A stretch of 64,000 nucleotides of DNA from assembly GCF_001194135.2 (NCBI RefSeq), contig NC_068995.1, positions 2,682,477 to 2,746,476 on the forward strand. The letters run 5' to 3'. The notes under the pieces are model-generated. The model was given only the letters and a program-made list of their open reading frames with translations. It made no database searches and was not told the origin of the DNA. The translations under genes and the position numbers were made by a program. This DNA is from Octopus bimaculoides (lineage: Eukaryota). Positions 22,411-35,390 of this stretch are shown here, piece by piece. Position 1 is the stretch's first letter, and every line of letters begins with the position of its first letter.

Positions 22411-23262
22411 GTTTGTATAGAGGCATTTATTGTTGTATTTGTTACTGCTTGTAGTTGTTGCTGTTTTTATAGATGTCTGTAAGTCTTTGTTTGTATAAGG
22501 TAGGGTGGACTACTGACCACATGGTCCTATGACCAATCGTCTCCAAAATAAACCATTCCAGGAATGCTAGGAGAGAGAGAATGTGTGTGTGTATTTATGT
22601 ATTAAACCACACATGATTTTAGATAAGGGCAAAATATGAGAAAATTACATTAAACTTTGTTAGGTGAAATCAGTGAAATTAGAACCAGGTTAGCTAGATA
22701 TGACATTTTTTTCTATACTACAAAGAAATCCCTTTTAGATGCAAAACTCAAAAATTTATATACTGAAACCGTTTTCTATACAAAAGACCCAGAGCAATTT
22801 TGATGAATCCTTTATTTTTCTTTATTCCCTTCCATCCTTCTCACTTCTGTTGTATCTGCTTATATAAATTATAAATGCCAAACTCACCTCAAGAATACAT
22901 ATACAATTGAACTATGATGTGAGGACATTTATTCTGTGAAAACGTATCTTTATATTTTTGTTTTTCATACATATAAACACACAATAAAATTATTCTCCAC
23001 TTATATTTAAAAGTTAAACTAGTTTTTATTACATAATATGTTTATATACAGATATATATATATAAATACACACACACACACACATCAATATATATATAGA
23101 TATATACACACATATACGTATATTGTTGCTATTATGTTAAACTGTTGTATGTCCCAATTTGGCCAAATGCATTGTTTTCAATATCTAATTTTGCTTGCAA
23201 TAGCCGTGTGATGGTAATGTAGCAAATGCTCTTCTTCTTTCTTCTTTCTTTCTCTCTTCTAG

Positions 23263-23371
23263 GGCAGAAGACTTCCTCATGAAAGCCTTTGAGCTTTTTC
23301 CTGACTTTGACATGTGCATCATCTCCATTCCTCATCTCGTCCCAGAGTTTCCTTTGTTGCGACTTTTTGTG
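23263..23371 (+). CDS. CFAP61: CFAP61 exon 8 (AEDFLMKAFELFPD...SIPHLVPEFPLLRLFV)
   Basis: ttctag| and |gtaagt; phase 2-0. Confidence 0.93.
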
Positions 23372-25141
23372 GTAAGTTCATCCTCATTTTCCTCCTCCTC
23401 CTCCTCCTTTTCTGTTGCTTGGGTGGACAGTGTGCACCCTTGGTGACTAGATGAGACATGGACACAGAGAAGGACAGTGGCCCAATCAAATGGACAGTGT
23501 ATTAATATATTTTTAATCTATCATGTACAATTGTCCTTTAAATCCATCTCTAATTGGAGTTATGTTTGCAGATTGAATTACCAGGTCTTTCATTTCTTCA
23601 CATTACGTATTTATATGCATGTATATATATATATATATATATNNNNNNNNNNNNNNNNNNNNNNNNNNNNNNNNNNNNNNNNNNNNNNNNNNNNNNNNNN
23701 NNNNNNNNNNNNNNNNNNNNNNNNNNNNNNNNNNNNNNNNNNNNNNNNNNNNNNNNNNNNNNNNNNNNNNNNNNNNNNNNNNNNNNNNNNNNNNNNNNNN
23801 NNNNNNNNNNNNNNNNNNNNNNNNNNNNNNNNNNNNNNNNNNNNNNNNNNNNNNNNNNNNNNNNNNNNNNNNNNNNNNNNNNNNNNNNNNNNNNNNNNNN
23901 NNNNNNNNNNNNNNNNNNNNNNNNNNNNNNNNNNNNNNNNNNNNNNNNNNNNNNNNNNNNNNNNNNNNNNNNNNNNNNNNNNNNNNNNNNNNNNNNNNNN
24001 NNNNNNNNNNNNNNNNNNNNNNNNNNNNNNNNNNNNNNNNNNNNNNNNNNNNNNNNNNNNNNNNNNNNNNNNNNNNNNNNNNNNNNNNNNNNNNNNNNNN
24101 NNNNNNNNNNNNNNNNNNNNNNNNNNNNNNNNNNNNNNNNNNNNNNNNNNNNNNNNNNNNNNNNNNNNNNNNNNNNNNNNNNNNNNNNNNNNNNNNNNNN
24201 NNNNNNNNNNNNNNNNNNNNNNNNNNNNNNNNNNNNNNNNNNNNNNNNNNNNNNNNNNNNNNNNNNNNNNNNNNNNNNNNNNNNNNNNNNNNNNNNNNNN
24301 NNNNNNNNNNNNNNNNNNNNNNNNNNNNNNNNNNNNNNNNNNNNNNNNNNNNNNNNNNNNNNNNNNNNNNNNNNNNNNNNNNNNNNNNNNNNNNNNNNNN
24401 NNNNNNNNNNNNNNNNNNNNNNNNNNNNNNNNNNNNNNNNNNNNNNNNNNNNNNNNNNNNNNNNNNNNNNNNNNNNNNNNNNNNNNNNNNNNNNNNNNNN
24501 NNNNNNNNNNNNNNNNNNNNNNNNNNNNNNNNNNNNNNNNNNNNNNNNNNNNNNNNNCCCCCTCCCAGAGCCGGGCACCTGTGTCTCACTTTACTCTCCG
24601 CTTGGGCTCCTTAGCAAAAATATAAAGAGTTGCATATACAGCTGAAGAGTTCCATTTGCAGCCAATCAAATGGACAGAATCACAAAAACAAATCAGAAGA
24701 ATAACAACAATAGGTCCATCTCCTCTCAGCCACCAAATTCGTTCACCTGAATCACCACTTTCTTCATCGCTTTCACCAGTTTGAGTGTCTGAATCACTCT
24801 TATTGTTTGCATGAGGGTAAACGCTTTGTCCAAAGAATAAATATGCTCAATAACTTCCTCTACTGTGAAGCATCGAGGCCTTGTTCATTTACCAGATGAA
24901 GTGCTGGGTTCATCACAAAAAACATCCAGCTCCCCCCACCTTAGACGGAGGTATTATTGAAGGAGGTATAAGTATGAGAGGGGGACATTGTGTTTATACT
25001 CTTGTGTAAAATTCAGGCTTCAGTAAGTTGGCTGTGTTGTTGATTTCATAAAACATATCACTGTAATTCTGTAATTTATTGAATCCCAAGGGTTAAATGA
25101 AGAAATGATGCGTTTAATGCAATGTGTTTGTTTGTTTGCAG

Positions 25142-25268
25142 GGATATTAAAGTGCGAAAGGCCTGCACATCTGACTTTGAAAACATCTGGTTTTTGACCA
25201 GAAATATTCGACAACAAGAAAAACTTCTGGATGACTTGCAGCAATTTAATGATTGCCGCAGAGACAAT
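25142..25268 (+). CDS. CFAP61: CFAP61 exon 10 (DIKVRKACTSD...LLDDLQQFNDCRRDN)
   Basis: ttgcag| and |gtaagt; starts in phase 2, so an exon is missing upstream. Confidence 0.9.
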
Positions 25269-25436
25269 GTAAGTAAGATGCAGCTTAAGCATTGGCATGT
25301 TTTGGTGTGGTTTTTATAGTACCTGGTCTTGTCTACTGGTTCTTGTCTAAAGCTAGTCATTCATACTGTCTGGTGTAGGGACAATCCCATAGCCATCACC
25401 ACTAACACAATGGTCACAGCTCCAGACAATAATCTC

Positions 25437-25892
25437 TTTGAACAGAAAGCAAAACTGCTTAGTCAACAGAAAGGGTGTCATCTTCCTCCGTGATGATGTT
25501 CGTCCTCACACAGTGCAAGGGACCGAAGATCTCTTGGAAGAACTTGGTTGCGAAATATTATTTCTTCCTTCATATTCTCCACACCTTGTTCCTTCTGATT
25601 ATCACTTGTTTCGGGAATTAGAGAACCATTTGAATGGTCTTCGGTTGACACCAAGAGAAGAGGTTGGAAATGAGTTGGATTCATATTTCGCATCAAAACC
25701 TAAGCAATCTTTTTACAAGCAATCTTTTTACAAGCAATCTTTTTACAAGTGTGGCATTTGTAAGCTCGTTGACAGACAGAACGAAGTTCCAGAAAGCAAT
25801 GGAAACTATGTTAATGAATAAATATTGTCTTAATCATGGGCTTTTTCATTTTTAATAGAAACCTTAAAATCAGCCATTACTTTTGCACCAAG

Positions 25893-25896
<4 letters not shown>
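25437..25896 (+). mobile_element. 5'-truncated mariner transposon (DD34D C-terminus plus right TIR)
   Basis: NRKGVIFLRDDVRPHT...YSPHLVPSDYHLFRELENHL...NGNY. The terminal aaatcagccattacttttgcaccaagctga|TA resembles the Hsmar1-type TIR. Confidence 0.9.
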
Positions 25897-25950
<54 letters not shown>

Positions 25951-26089
25951 TACATTCATATGTCCATCCATCCATCCATACACGCACACACACATATAAT
26001 ATAGTATAATATAATATGCATTATACATATGTATACATATATATATGTATGCAATATACAATATATATATACCTCATTCAGAGATTTAT

Positions 26090-26125
<36 letters not shown>

Positions 26126-26181
26126 TATATGTATGTATACATACATGTAATATATTCTTTATTGACCTTGACCTTTTATAG

Positions 26182-26259
26182 GATGGTACCGACATAATGG
26201 CATATGTGGCCACTGTGGCCGACCGACTTATTGGAGTGGCTGTCTTACGTAATGAAGAG
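26182..26259 (+). CDS. CFAP61: CFAP61 exon 11 (DGTDIMAYVATVADRLIGVAVLRNEE)
   Basis: ttatag| and |gtgagt; phase 0-0. Confidence 0.93.
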
Positions 26260-26322
26260 GTGAGTGTTTCAGACAGCTTATTTAATCAAGCTACTATTTA
26301 CTGTATACTGACTATCTTGTTT

Positions 26323-26369
<47 letters not shown>

Positions 26370-26423
26370 TATACATACATGAAGTAACATTTCGTATTAC
26401 ATAAACTGTATCTTCTCTTGCAG

Positions 26424-26561
26424 GATATCAAATACCTCCGTTCTCATTACAACATAGAGGATTATATATATTTTAACCACCATGAGCAGAGTGAACATGC
26501 CCACCTCTATCATTTTATTATGAATCCGGCTTTCAAGTATTTATCCAAATTCTTTATGAGG
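26424..26561 (+). CDS. CFAP61: CFAP61 exon 12 (DIKYLRSHYNIEDYIYF...SKFFMR)
   Basis: ttgcag| and a weak donor |gttgtg; phase 0-0; strong similarity. Confidence 0.93.
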
Positions 26562-27298
26562 GTTGTGTATTTCCGTTTCATTTTATATTTCAAATCATTT
26601 TAAGACATTTTTTGAAGAAATGTTTTTATTTAAATCTTCTTCCATTTTGATTGTATATCTTTGAGATTGTATATCTATAAATTGATGATTGCTTTACTGT
26701 GGGTTGGACATATCTATAAATATATGATTATTTCACTGTGTTGTCCACATCTGCAATTATAGGACTATTTCACTGTGGGTTTGATATGTCTGTAAATTAA
26801 AGAACAAAAATGGATCTCACGATTTTTTTTTTCACTAGTTTTACTAAACTAAGTGGGTAAAACACAGTGACTGTTGTGTGATGGAACTGAAGATCTTTGA
26901 GATGGTATTATTCAACCATCACGTCTTGAGTACTCAGGCACCAGACTTATATATATGTTATGTCAGTGCTTCTGTATATGTATGTATGTGTCTGTGCATA
27001 TTTGTGTGTGTGTGTCTGGTATATCTGTGTCTTTGTAGATATGTGTTAGGTCAGAGCCAAAAGTCTATTCAGATTCTTGTGTGTCTGTTGGTGGTGTGAG
27101 AGTAGCTTTGATTGGAATGGAATTATTTTGGTTGGCATGGAGTAGTTACATGTGTGGAGAGGAGATGTGTCTTAGATTGGAGTGAACAACAGGCAAGGTC
27201 CTTCTGCTCCACTTCCACCCCAACCATGGAGGTTATTCACATCTAATTCATTGCATCCACATCAATCTCACATTTCTATGTCTACCATTCTGTTACAG

Positions 27299-27367
27299 GA
27301 AATTCTACGACAGAGTTACAAGAACTGCCTTTATTACCCACTCTTCCCCATATATGCTTCCCAAGCC
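27299..27367 (+). CDS. CFAP61: CFAP61 exon 13 (EILRQSYKNCLYYPLFPIYASQA)
   Basis: ttacag| and |gtaagt; phase 0-0. Confidence 0.92.
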
Positions 27368-28021
27368 GTAAGTATTTTCAACTAACCGTGTTGAGTCAGG
27401 GTAGGGCTGGTGATGGTGGTGGTGGGGGTGGTGGTGACTTATAAGAGACATACATACAAACATACACACACACTCACATAAAAACATACACACACATACA
27501 CTCATGCATACAAACAAACAAACAAACTGCATTTGGTTTCTTTCAGTTTCCTTCTACCATATCCATTGACAAGGCTTTAGCTGACCTGAGGCAGGAACTA
27601 GATGACACCTGCCCAAAGTGCCACACAGTGGGACTGAACCTGGAACCATGCGATTGGGAAGCAAACTTCTTAAGCACACGGCCATGTCTGTGCCTCACTG
27701 AAGACTGTTCAGAGAAGGGTCATTTTCTGGGAGCATCAAAATAGACAACAAAACTAAGGTTAATAATTCTGCTTCACAATCACTTGGTTTCAGGTTCAAT
27801 TCTGCTCTGCAACACCTTGGTAAAGAGACTTCTGCCAGAACCAGGAACTAACTTATGCTTTATGAGGGAAATTTGGGAGACCAAAATTATGTGGAAACTT
27901 GTTGGAAAGTCCAACTCTTTCTAACATTAATGGATTAATGGGTCACTTGGCTTAATGCTGTCATTCGGCCCCTGGGGTGGGGAAGGGGAGCCTTCAGCAT
28001 GTCCACTCTTTTCATTTGTAG

Positions 28022-28075
<54 letters not shown>

Positions 28076-28299
28076 TCTCTCTCCCTCTCTCTCTCTCTCT
28101 CTCTCCTTCTCTCTCCCTCTCTCTCTCTCTTGCTATGAACATTACTTCCTTTGGCTCCACAGTCTTGGAAGCTCTTGATTAATTGGAAAAAAAAAAATTT
28201 TGTGCAAACAAAAATCCCACGCAACCATTCCATGAAGAGCTGAATAAGCTACTTCACTGCATCAATGTCCTTGAATTAATTTCCTTTGATCTTTTTGAT

Positions 28300-28643
28300 G
28301 CCAAACTGCTTAAGACCATTTCTTCTTTTAAAGTGATCTAAATTAAAACTTTCCATCAAAATTTCATGTTAATTTATGTTAATTTATGTTCCCAATTCCT
28401 TCTTAATGATGACTGATTTTACTCAACTTTTCATTATTTTCAAAATTCATTGAAACAAAGACATGGCAACAGAAGGATTAAAGTGTTCTCAATGAAAACC
28501 TTCCATTGAAATTTCACCAAAATTTATGTTCCAAACACCAGCTTAATAATGACAAAGTTATTTTACAGAATTCTTTATTATTTTCAAAATTAATTGAAAC
28601 ACTGCCATATTTTTCAACAAAAATATGGTAATGAATGGGATAA
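28300..28643 (-). repeat. Interspersed repeat built of ~160-bp units (two units); inverse orientation of the 41640-42160 copy
   Basis: aaagtgatctaaattaaaac...ttccaaacaccagcttaataatgacaaagttattttac is the reverse complement of the units at 41640-42160. Confidence 0.7.
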
Positions 28644-28667
28644 TTACCTTTCTTCTTCTAATTGCAG

Positions 28668-28844
28668 TTTATTGGATCTCATTCCATCATCACTGCTCTC
28701 TCGGACATGATACCAGTCAGGTATCGCAGACAAATTATCTATCCACCAAACCTTGGCATCAATGCACCTTCAGACCAAGTCTTGAAGGAAATACCAGCTT
28801 TTGCTTTGACGCATATGAACCGAAAGTTAGCACTGGAACCGAAG
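28668..28844 (+). CDS. CFAP61: CFAP61 exon 14 (FIGSHSIITAL...RRQIIYPPNLGINAPS...MNRKLALEPK)
   Basis: ttgcag| and |gtttgt; phase 0-0. Confidence 0.95.
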
Positions 28845-29805
28845 GTTTGTTTTCATTATATTATTCCCATTTAGCCCCAGGTCAACCCCAGTCTGGCAGA
28901 AATATAATCAAATATGTTCCATTTTCACTTATTCAGACATAATATACCTGGAATTACATTATCTAATGTGTCCTTCCTTTTCTAAGATGGTAGGGTATAA
29001 TCTGAGAGAGATTTAGCTACTATTTTTAGCACACCGAGTTACAATGCAGTACAGTGGTTCTCATCCATATTTTTGCCTATGAACCCCTTTGATTCCAATT
29101 GTACTCTGCTGGACTCCCATAGCCATTTGATGTATATCAAAAAATTCCTTTTATATTTTTATGATTAAATATTATTAGGAATTCTATATTTAAGAGATGA
29201 GGAATTATGTACATTATTTACATTATTTACATTTGACACAACACCTTCCTAAGCAGATATGAGTGGCATATGGGAACTGGTGTTACAACTGGACTGAAGA
29301 TGGTCACAGATGAGAGAGTAAGGTTGGTGATGCACAACCCTTCACCACTTTAAACCATGTCACTGCACAAATCATCTGTCATCATTTGGATGACCAGATG
29401 GTCATTGTTGTCCTGACAGGTGAACATGCACAACATAATTTGTATAATGCTGTATATATAATGTAATATGTACCATGTGGCATGTATGTTCTGTCACATA
29501 AGTCCCATGTATATCATGTAATGTGTACCACTTGGTGTTTCATATTGGCTTCGATGGTAGGTTTCTGGCTAAAGATTATGTCTGTATACAATGTAGTGTG
29601 TGTATAATGAAGCAAGTATATAAAATGGTGTATATAGTGACCAACTACACACCTTATTGTCACCAGAAATCCCTTAAGTTAGTAGTATGATTTCTGTCCC
29701 CTCCTATTCCATTCTGTCAACCTAAATACACTGCACCCACAATAACCTTTACCGTTCACATAGAGAATCTTGTTCTTCAATTTAGAATCTTCTTTATTAT
29801 TTCAG

Positions 29806-29882
29806 ATGACAATAAATGCTCGGATTGTTGTTGTAGGTGCATCCACGGTGAGCCTGTCCTTTCTGGAGACATTGATCTTCTG
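29806..29882 (+). CDS. CFAP61: CFAP61 exon 15 (MTINARIVVVGASTVSLSFLETLIF)
   Basis: tttcag| and |gtatgt; phase 0-2; start of the Rossmann-like fold. Confidence 0.95.
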
Positions 29883-30248
29883 GTATGTTGTTCACTTGTG
29901 CTTATTTCCTTTCACATGTCCACAATAACCTAACTGTGGATAGGCACAATGAGGAGGCACTGCAAACAACAAAAACACACTTACCTTTCTCATAAACTTT
30001 CCCACATTACATTCCTAACTTCTCACATTTCATCTTTTTCTTTCTTACATTTCACATCATACATTTCATGTTCCACTCAGCACACTTCCCAAGCCATCGA
30101 AGACATTGTTAAAACCCTAAACTAAAGAATTTAATGGAAATCACCACAGCCATGATATCTTAAGTTAATGATATTAAGAGTTTGTGACATTCATGCCTTT
30201 CTAATTAAAAATATGTGTTTCTGTTTTATTTTCCAATTTTCTTTGCAG

Positions 30249-30347
30249 TCCTCATTTGAATTTCAACAATATCACCCTGATTTCACCACACGGTCTGCCA
30301 GCAGAGTCAATGCCTAATCCACATCTTCAGAATATGATGGCATCAAA
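30249..30347 (+). CDS. CFAP61: CFAP61 exon 16 (PHLNFNNITLISPHGLP...)
   Basis: ttgcag| and |gtaatc; phase 2-2. Confidence 0.92.
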
Positions 30348-30769
30348 GTAATCATATTGTTGTTTATTAATTTCTTGGGTTTTTTTTTAATTAACAACTT
30401 TCCACTGAACTCTGACCAGTCATCATTTTACCATAAAATCGTGGCAACATTTATTATTTCTATAGTAACATTTACGATCACCATAGCAACATATATCATC
30501 ACTATAGCAACAATTACCATCTCCAAAGCAATAATTATCATCACCATAGCAACAGTTATCATCCCCATTGCAACATTTAACATCAACATAGAAACATTAG
30601 CATCAACACGGTAGCATTTATCTTCACCATAGCAACCACTATAGTTACATTTATTACAACCATAAGATTTAGCATCACCATAGCAACATTTGATTTAGTA
30701 CCAACATTTTGGCACACTCATTTCGTGGAGTTGAAAATTTAGATGCTGATGACAAACACGGACGCGCAT

Positions 30770-30819
<50 letters not shown>

Positions 30820-31869
30820 AAGCTTACACAGAAAATATCAAATATATTAAAACGAAAATGTAGAGTTATCTCCCTTACTATGACTATCCGTTAATGCGTG
30901 TGTGTAAGGAAAGAAAACTTCGAATGACCCGCCCCTGTTCTTTCTTGTCCCTTTTCTGTCTCATCTGTCTGGATGTTTTGTTGTCCCTTTTTTTTGTATC
31001 ATCCAGCTGTCTGGATGTTTTGCGTTCTTGTCCCATTTTTTTGTATTCCTTTATGCACACACACACACACACACACTCAGCAAAGCCCTATTATTGTTAA
31101 ATTATTGTTAAAAGAAAACACTATATTTGATTTATCAAAAATTAAATTTTATTTAATTGATAATTTGTTAATTACGATCATCGCCATCGAATACATTTTC
31201 TTAGTTTCTGCAATGGTTCAAACCCAACCAGTTTGTTGTTATGAAGAAAAATATAAAAACCATATTTTTTTGGTGCCACCTTAAATGAGTTTCGTGTAGA
31301 AATATTGCTGCAAAATTGCCAGCACCCAAGTGTTTTTAACCCCCATTTCTTGGGACATTATTACAGCTTCCATCCCTGTTCTGTCCTGGTCCCTTTTCTC
31401 ATACTTTAACCACTTCTCTCTTAGCTTAAAGCACCTCCTTCTTTCCTCAACCTCCACTTTGTTGTCAAAGAGGATCTTAATCTTGTAAGCTGAAAAGACA
31501 ACACCCAGTACCTGCTGCAAAGTGGTTGGGGTCAGGAAAGGCATCCGGCCATAGAAAGCACACCAGAGTGGATGCTGGAGCTTAATGCAGTTCTCCACCA
31601 CTACTCAGACCCAGTTGAGCCCCCTCCAACCCATGCTAGCATATGAACATGGATGTTAAATGATTGTAATTATGAAGATGATGGATAATGATGAGGAAGA
31701 GGATAATGAAGATGATGATGATGATGATGATAATGATGAGGAAGAGGATGATGGCAATAGAGATGACTAGAACATTCCCCCCCACCCTACCACTAACCCT
31801 CCTATCACTACACCACCACCACCACCATCACCACCATGCTACTACTAAGACCATCTCCTTGTCTTTCAG

Positions 31870-31956
31870 TTTCTACTACAGTCCAGATGACCTGGCCAGA
31901 ACATCACTGAGTTCATGGGTGAGTGTGGTCAAAAGTAAGATGACCAAAATTGTAAG
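31870..31956 (+). CDS. CFAP61: CFAP61 exon 17 (FYYSPDDLARTSLSSWVSVVKSKMTKIVR)
   Basis: tttcag| and |gtaact; phase 2-2. Confidence 0.9.
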
Positions 31957-32278
31957 GTAACTACTTTTACAATCACTTTTTTCACTACCATCTAACTACC
32001 TTTTACAGTCACTTTTATAAGCAGACAATATCTTTACCTTTATATTCATTTAACCTCTACCTGCCTTTATAATCACCTAACTATGCTTATAGTCACCTTT
32101 ATATTAATCTAGCATCTACCCTGCCTTTGCAGTTACCTTTAAAACCACTAACATCTACCTCTCTTTAGAATCACTTCATCTGCAACTACTTTTACAGTCA
32201 CCTCACCTCACTTGTTGTTTTAATTACCTTTTCATCCATAAACCCCAACCTCATTTGTTTTTTGGTTTTTTTTCTCAG

Positions 32279-32484
32279 AGAGAAGAAACATCTTATTACA
32301 TCTAATGGCCACACCATTCCATATGACCACCTCTTCCTCTGCTGTGGTCTTCAGTATACTTCTGTGATTTGGGATGCCAAGAATCCTTTTGGCAAACAGG
32401 ACCATTCCTTCTTTGTCATAAACAATTTGGTTGAAGCAGCTGAAGCCATTAAATGGATCGCCCAGAACATCCTTTGTGCCCAAG
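32279..32484 (+). CDS. CFAP61: CFAP61 exon 18 (EKKHLITSNGHTIPYDHLFLCCGLQY...AIKWIAQNILCAQ)
   Basis: tctcag| and |gttagt; phase 2-1. Confidence 0.93.
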
Positions 32485-33395
32485 GTTAGTAAAATCTATA
32501 TTTTCTCATGTAAACCTCTGGCTGAATCATCATCTGGCATGTATTGGATGGTTCTACAGGAACCAATAAGCCAGCTTCCACATGATTTCTTTGGCTGGAT
32601 GCCCTTCCTCATGCCAACAACTTTACACAGGTCATGCTACAACCACAACATTAGCCAGACACATTCTTCAAGACATGTTCTTCAATAGAAAATCAGAAAA
32701 TAAAAACAAACAGGAAGTGGGGAGTTATTGATGAGCTCCTCTCAAAGGGACGTGTGAGAAGGGCCAAGCCAGAAGGTGAAATACATTGGTGTCACATTTT
32801 GTGGGTGAAATATCATTAGGCAATAATATAGCAGGGATGCCAACTCTCTCTCTCAGACAAGTGGTTAGTGTAAGAGCAGTGTGAGGTAAGGATGACTTAG
32901 GTCATGTGTGATAGATGGTGAGAGGATAGCTGACTATGTTTCAGTTACATATATAGAGATACATACATGAGCTTTGATCTAGTAAGGGTTATTTTTCTTT
33001 TGATCTGAACAAATTTAAGATTTGGTCAAGCTTACTGAATTTTTATATTTTCAATTATTTTCAAGTATGGAGCATTGAGAATGTGTGGAAACTTGGCCCA
33101 CTGCCAGGGGTGGACAAAACAGGTCAGTTTTCAATGTGTAATTTTATTTTTGTATGCTTACAATTCTGTATAACGTGACCTCTCATTCTAATAAAATTGC
33201 AAATAGGCAAATATCTCAAAAGAAAGAAACATTTGCCATAACAACAGAGAGTACAAAATGGAAAAAAAGAAAACAAACTTTAACAGGAAGATTTACATTT
33301 TGTCAAATGGGGAAAATAATGTGGCGGCAGCAACAACATAGCTATATATGTTTGTTTGTTCTATCTGATCAATGTGGATATTTTGTATGTTTCAG

Positions 33396-33511
33396 GTAAC
33401 ATTATAGTTTACGGTGACTCTCTTGATGCTTACTGCTTCCTGCGGACAATATTGGACCTGGGAATACTTGGTAAATTCATTCACCTGATGATTCCTACAA
33501 CAGACAAAGTG
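33396..33511 (+). CDS. CFAP61: CFAP61 exon 19 (GNIIVYGDSLDAY...IHLMIPTTDKV)
   Basis: tttcag| and |gtaatt; phase 1-0. Confidence 0.93.
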
Positions 33512-34806
33512 GTAATTCTTGCCATTTATTCACATCAGCCTTAACAATGACAACTGGAATACGTTGCTGTCATGTGACCAGTGGAGGAGGAGTTAATGTC
33601 ATGTGACCAGTGGAGGCGGAGTTAGTTGAATCTGTGATCTACTAAGCCTGTTAATCCAAATTCCAGGTGGTGGTGATGGTGGTGGTGGTCAGAGCCTCAG
33701 GTCAGTTCTATGTGATGACAGACGTCCTAGACATGACCATTGTCTTTTATTCAGTCATTATCTAAGATGTTATTTGGCTCAGATCAGCCTTAATTAGACA
33801 GACTCGGGATCATAGACATTCCAGCTTTGTAGATAAAAGATAAAACTACCCTGTGTCTCCCTTGTTTCAAAGTCTTCCTCTATTTGGCATTTGTTTCACA
33901 ATTAAGCAGGCTAGTCTTTTATTGTAGTATGTACACTCATACTTAGGTAAATGATGGCTTATCATGGTCCGTTTTACCTCTAGGTGAACTGTATTTGTAC
34001 ATGGCACCTATTGACAGCTAGGTGGACTGGGTCATTGAGACTAAGATGTTGACCACAGCTACAATGCAGCCCTGGTGGTTGTATCCAAAACCTTCAGCCA
34101 GTTCATTATCTCTCTGATTACCCACCTAACCTGTTAACCCACACAGCTTGTAGACGTAGTCGAAATGTTGATCCTCTCTATCCATTGACCTAGCATAAAT
34201 AAAGGTTGTTCTTAACTCGAGGTGTAATTGGTGACAGTCCTCCAAGTGTCAGGTCACAGTAAACCAGCAAGAACTCACAGCATAAGCTCTACCTAACCTC
34301 TGGCCAGGACACGACTACTACCCTAGGATCACTCACAACACACCCATAGGAGAGAGGCTGTTTTGAACCTGCCACTTCTTCACATGACATCATTTTCTCT
34401 CCCTCCTGGTCACTCATCCTTCCTCCACACCTATTTTGCATGTTGCCCATTCACTTTGTTAATCCACTCTTATGTTGACCTACTCAGTATGTTGACCCAC
34501 CCTTTCAGCATTTTAACCCACCTGCTCAGTGCATGTTGGCCTACTTAGTATGTTTACCCACCCACTCAGCTTGTTGATCCACTCACCTTGTTAACCCACA
34601 TGCCGTGTTCACCCACTCAGTCTGTTAATTCATTCTGACACCAGTTACTTGACCCATTAACCCTCTGTTGCATCACCCACCCACCCCCACGCACTCAGCT
34701 GTATCTCTCTTGTCCCCTCCCTCCTCCCTTACCAATGTTATCTCATGGCAAACAACATAATTCTCCTGTCAAAACCTGGGACGACTGAGATGTTATATTT
34801 TTGCAG

Positions 34807-34977
34807 GTTCCTGAGATGAGTGACTACGTTGAGGAAGTAATCTTGGCAGAGTTGGTTAAGCAGAACGTTCAGATCCATTTCAATTGTGACTTTGTCAAGT
34901 GGAGTAGTATCGAAGACTCTTCAAGCAGATATGCTTACTTCCACGACAGACGGAAATCCTTTAAAATTGAGTATGTT
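34807..34977 (+). CDS. CFAP61: CFAP61 exon 20 (VPEMSDYVEEVIL...FKIEYV)
   Basis: ttgcag| and |gtgagt; phase 0-0. Confidence 0.85.
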
Positions 34978-35009
34978 GTGAGTATTTCTTCAAATACATG
35001 TTCAAAGAA

Positions 35010-35390
35010 GTATATGAAGTGTATGTGTGGAATATATGAAATGTGGTGGTGGTGGTGGGTATATGAAATGTGGTGGTGGTGGTGGTGGGTATATGAAGTG
35101 TGTGTGTGTGTGTGTGGAATATATGAAATGTGTGTGGTGGAATATATGAAATATGTGTGTGAAATATATGAAATGTGTGTGTGGAATATATGAAATGTGT
35201 GTGTGTGGAGTATATGAAATGTGTGTGTGTGGAGTATATGAAATATGTGTGGTGGAATATATGAAATGTGTGTGTGTGTGTGTGTGGAATATATGAAATG
35301 TGTGTGTGGAATATATGAAATATGTGTGTGAAATATATGAAATGTGTGTGGAAAATATGAAATGTGGTGGAATATGTGCCTGTGAAATGT
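35010..35390. repeat. Degenerate minisatellite (atatatgaaatgtgtgtgtgga-type units)
   Basis: About 15 imperfect copies of tatatgaa(a/g)tgtgtg.. directly after the exon 20 donor. Confidence 0.9.

Noticed and set aside
23477-24645. Long 'ORFs' of 326-382 aa in the track (similar ones at 1950-2381, 36344-37045, 49020-49337, 51045-51633)
   Set aside because: They consist almost entirely of N-gap translated as X.
24642-24680. Sense-strand CTGAAGA followed by a ~9-bp stem (gttccatttg/caaatggac), a hammerhead near-miss
   Set aside because: The stem is followed by AGAAT rather than GAAA, and there is no stem III or NUH. The adjacent minus-strand sequence resembles an acidic transposase N-terminus (possibly piggyBac-like), so coincidence is likely.
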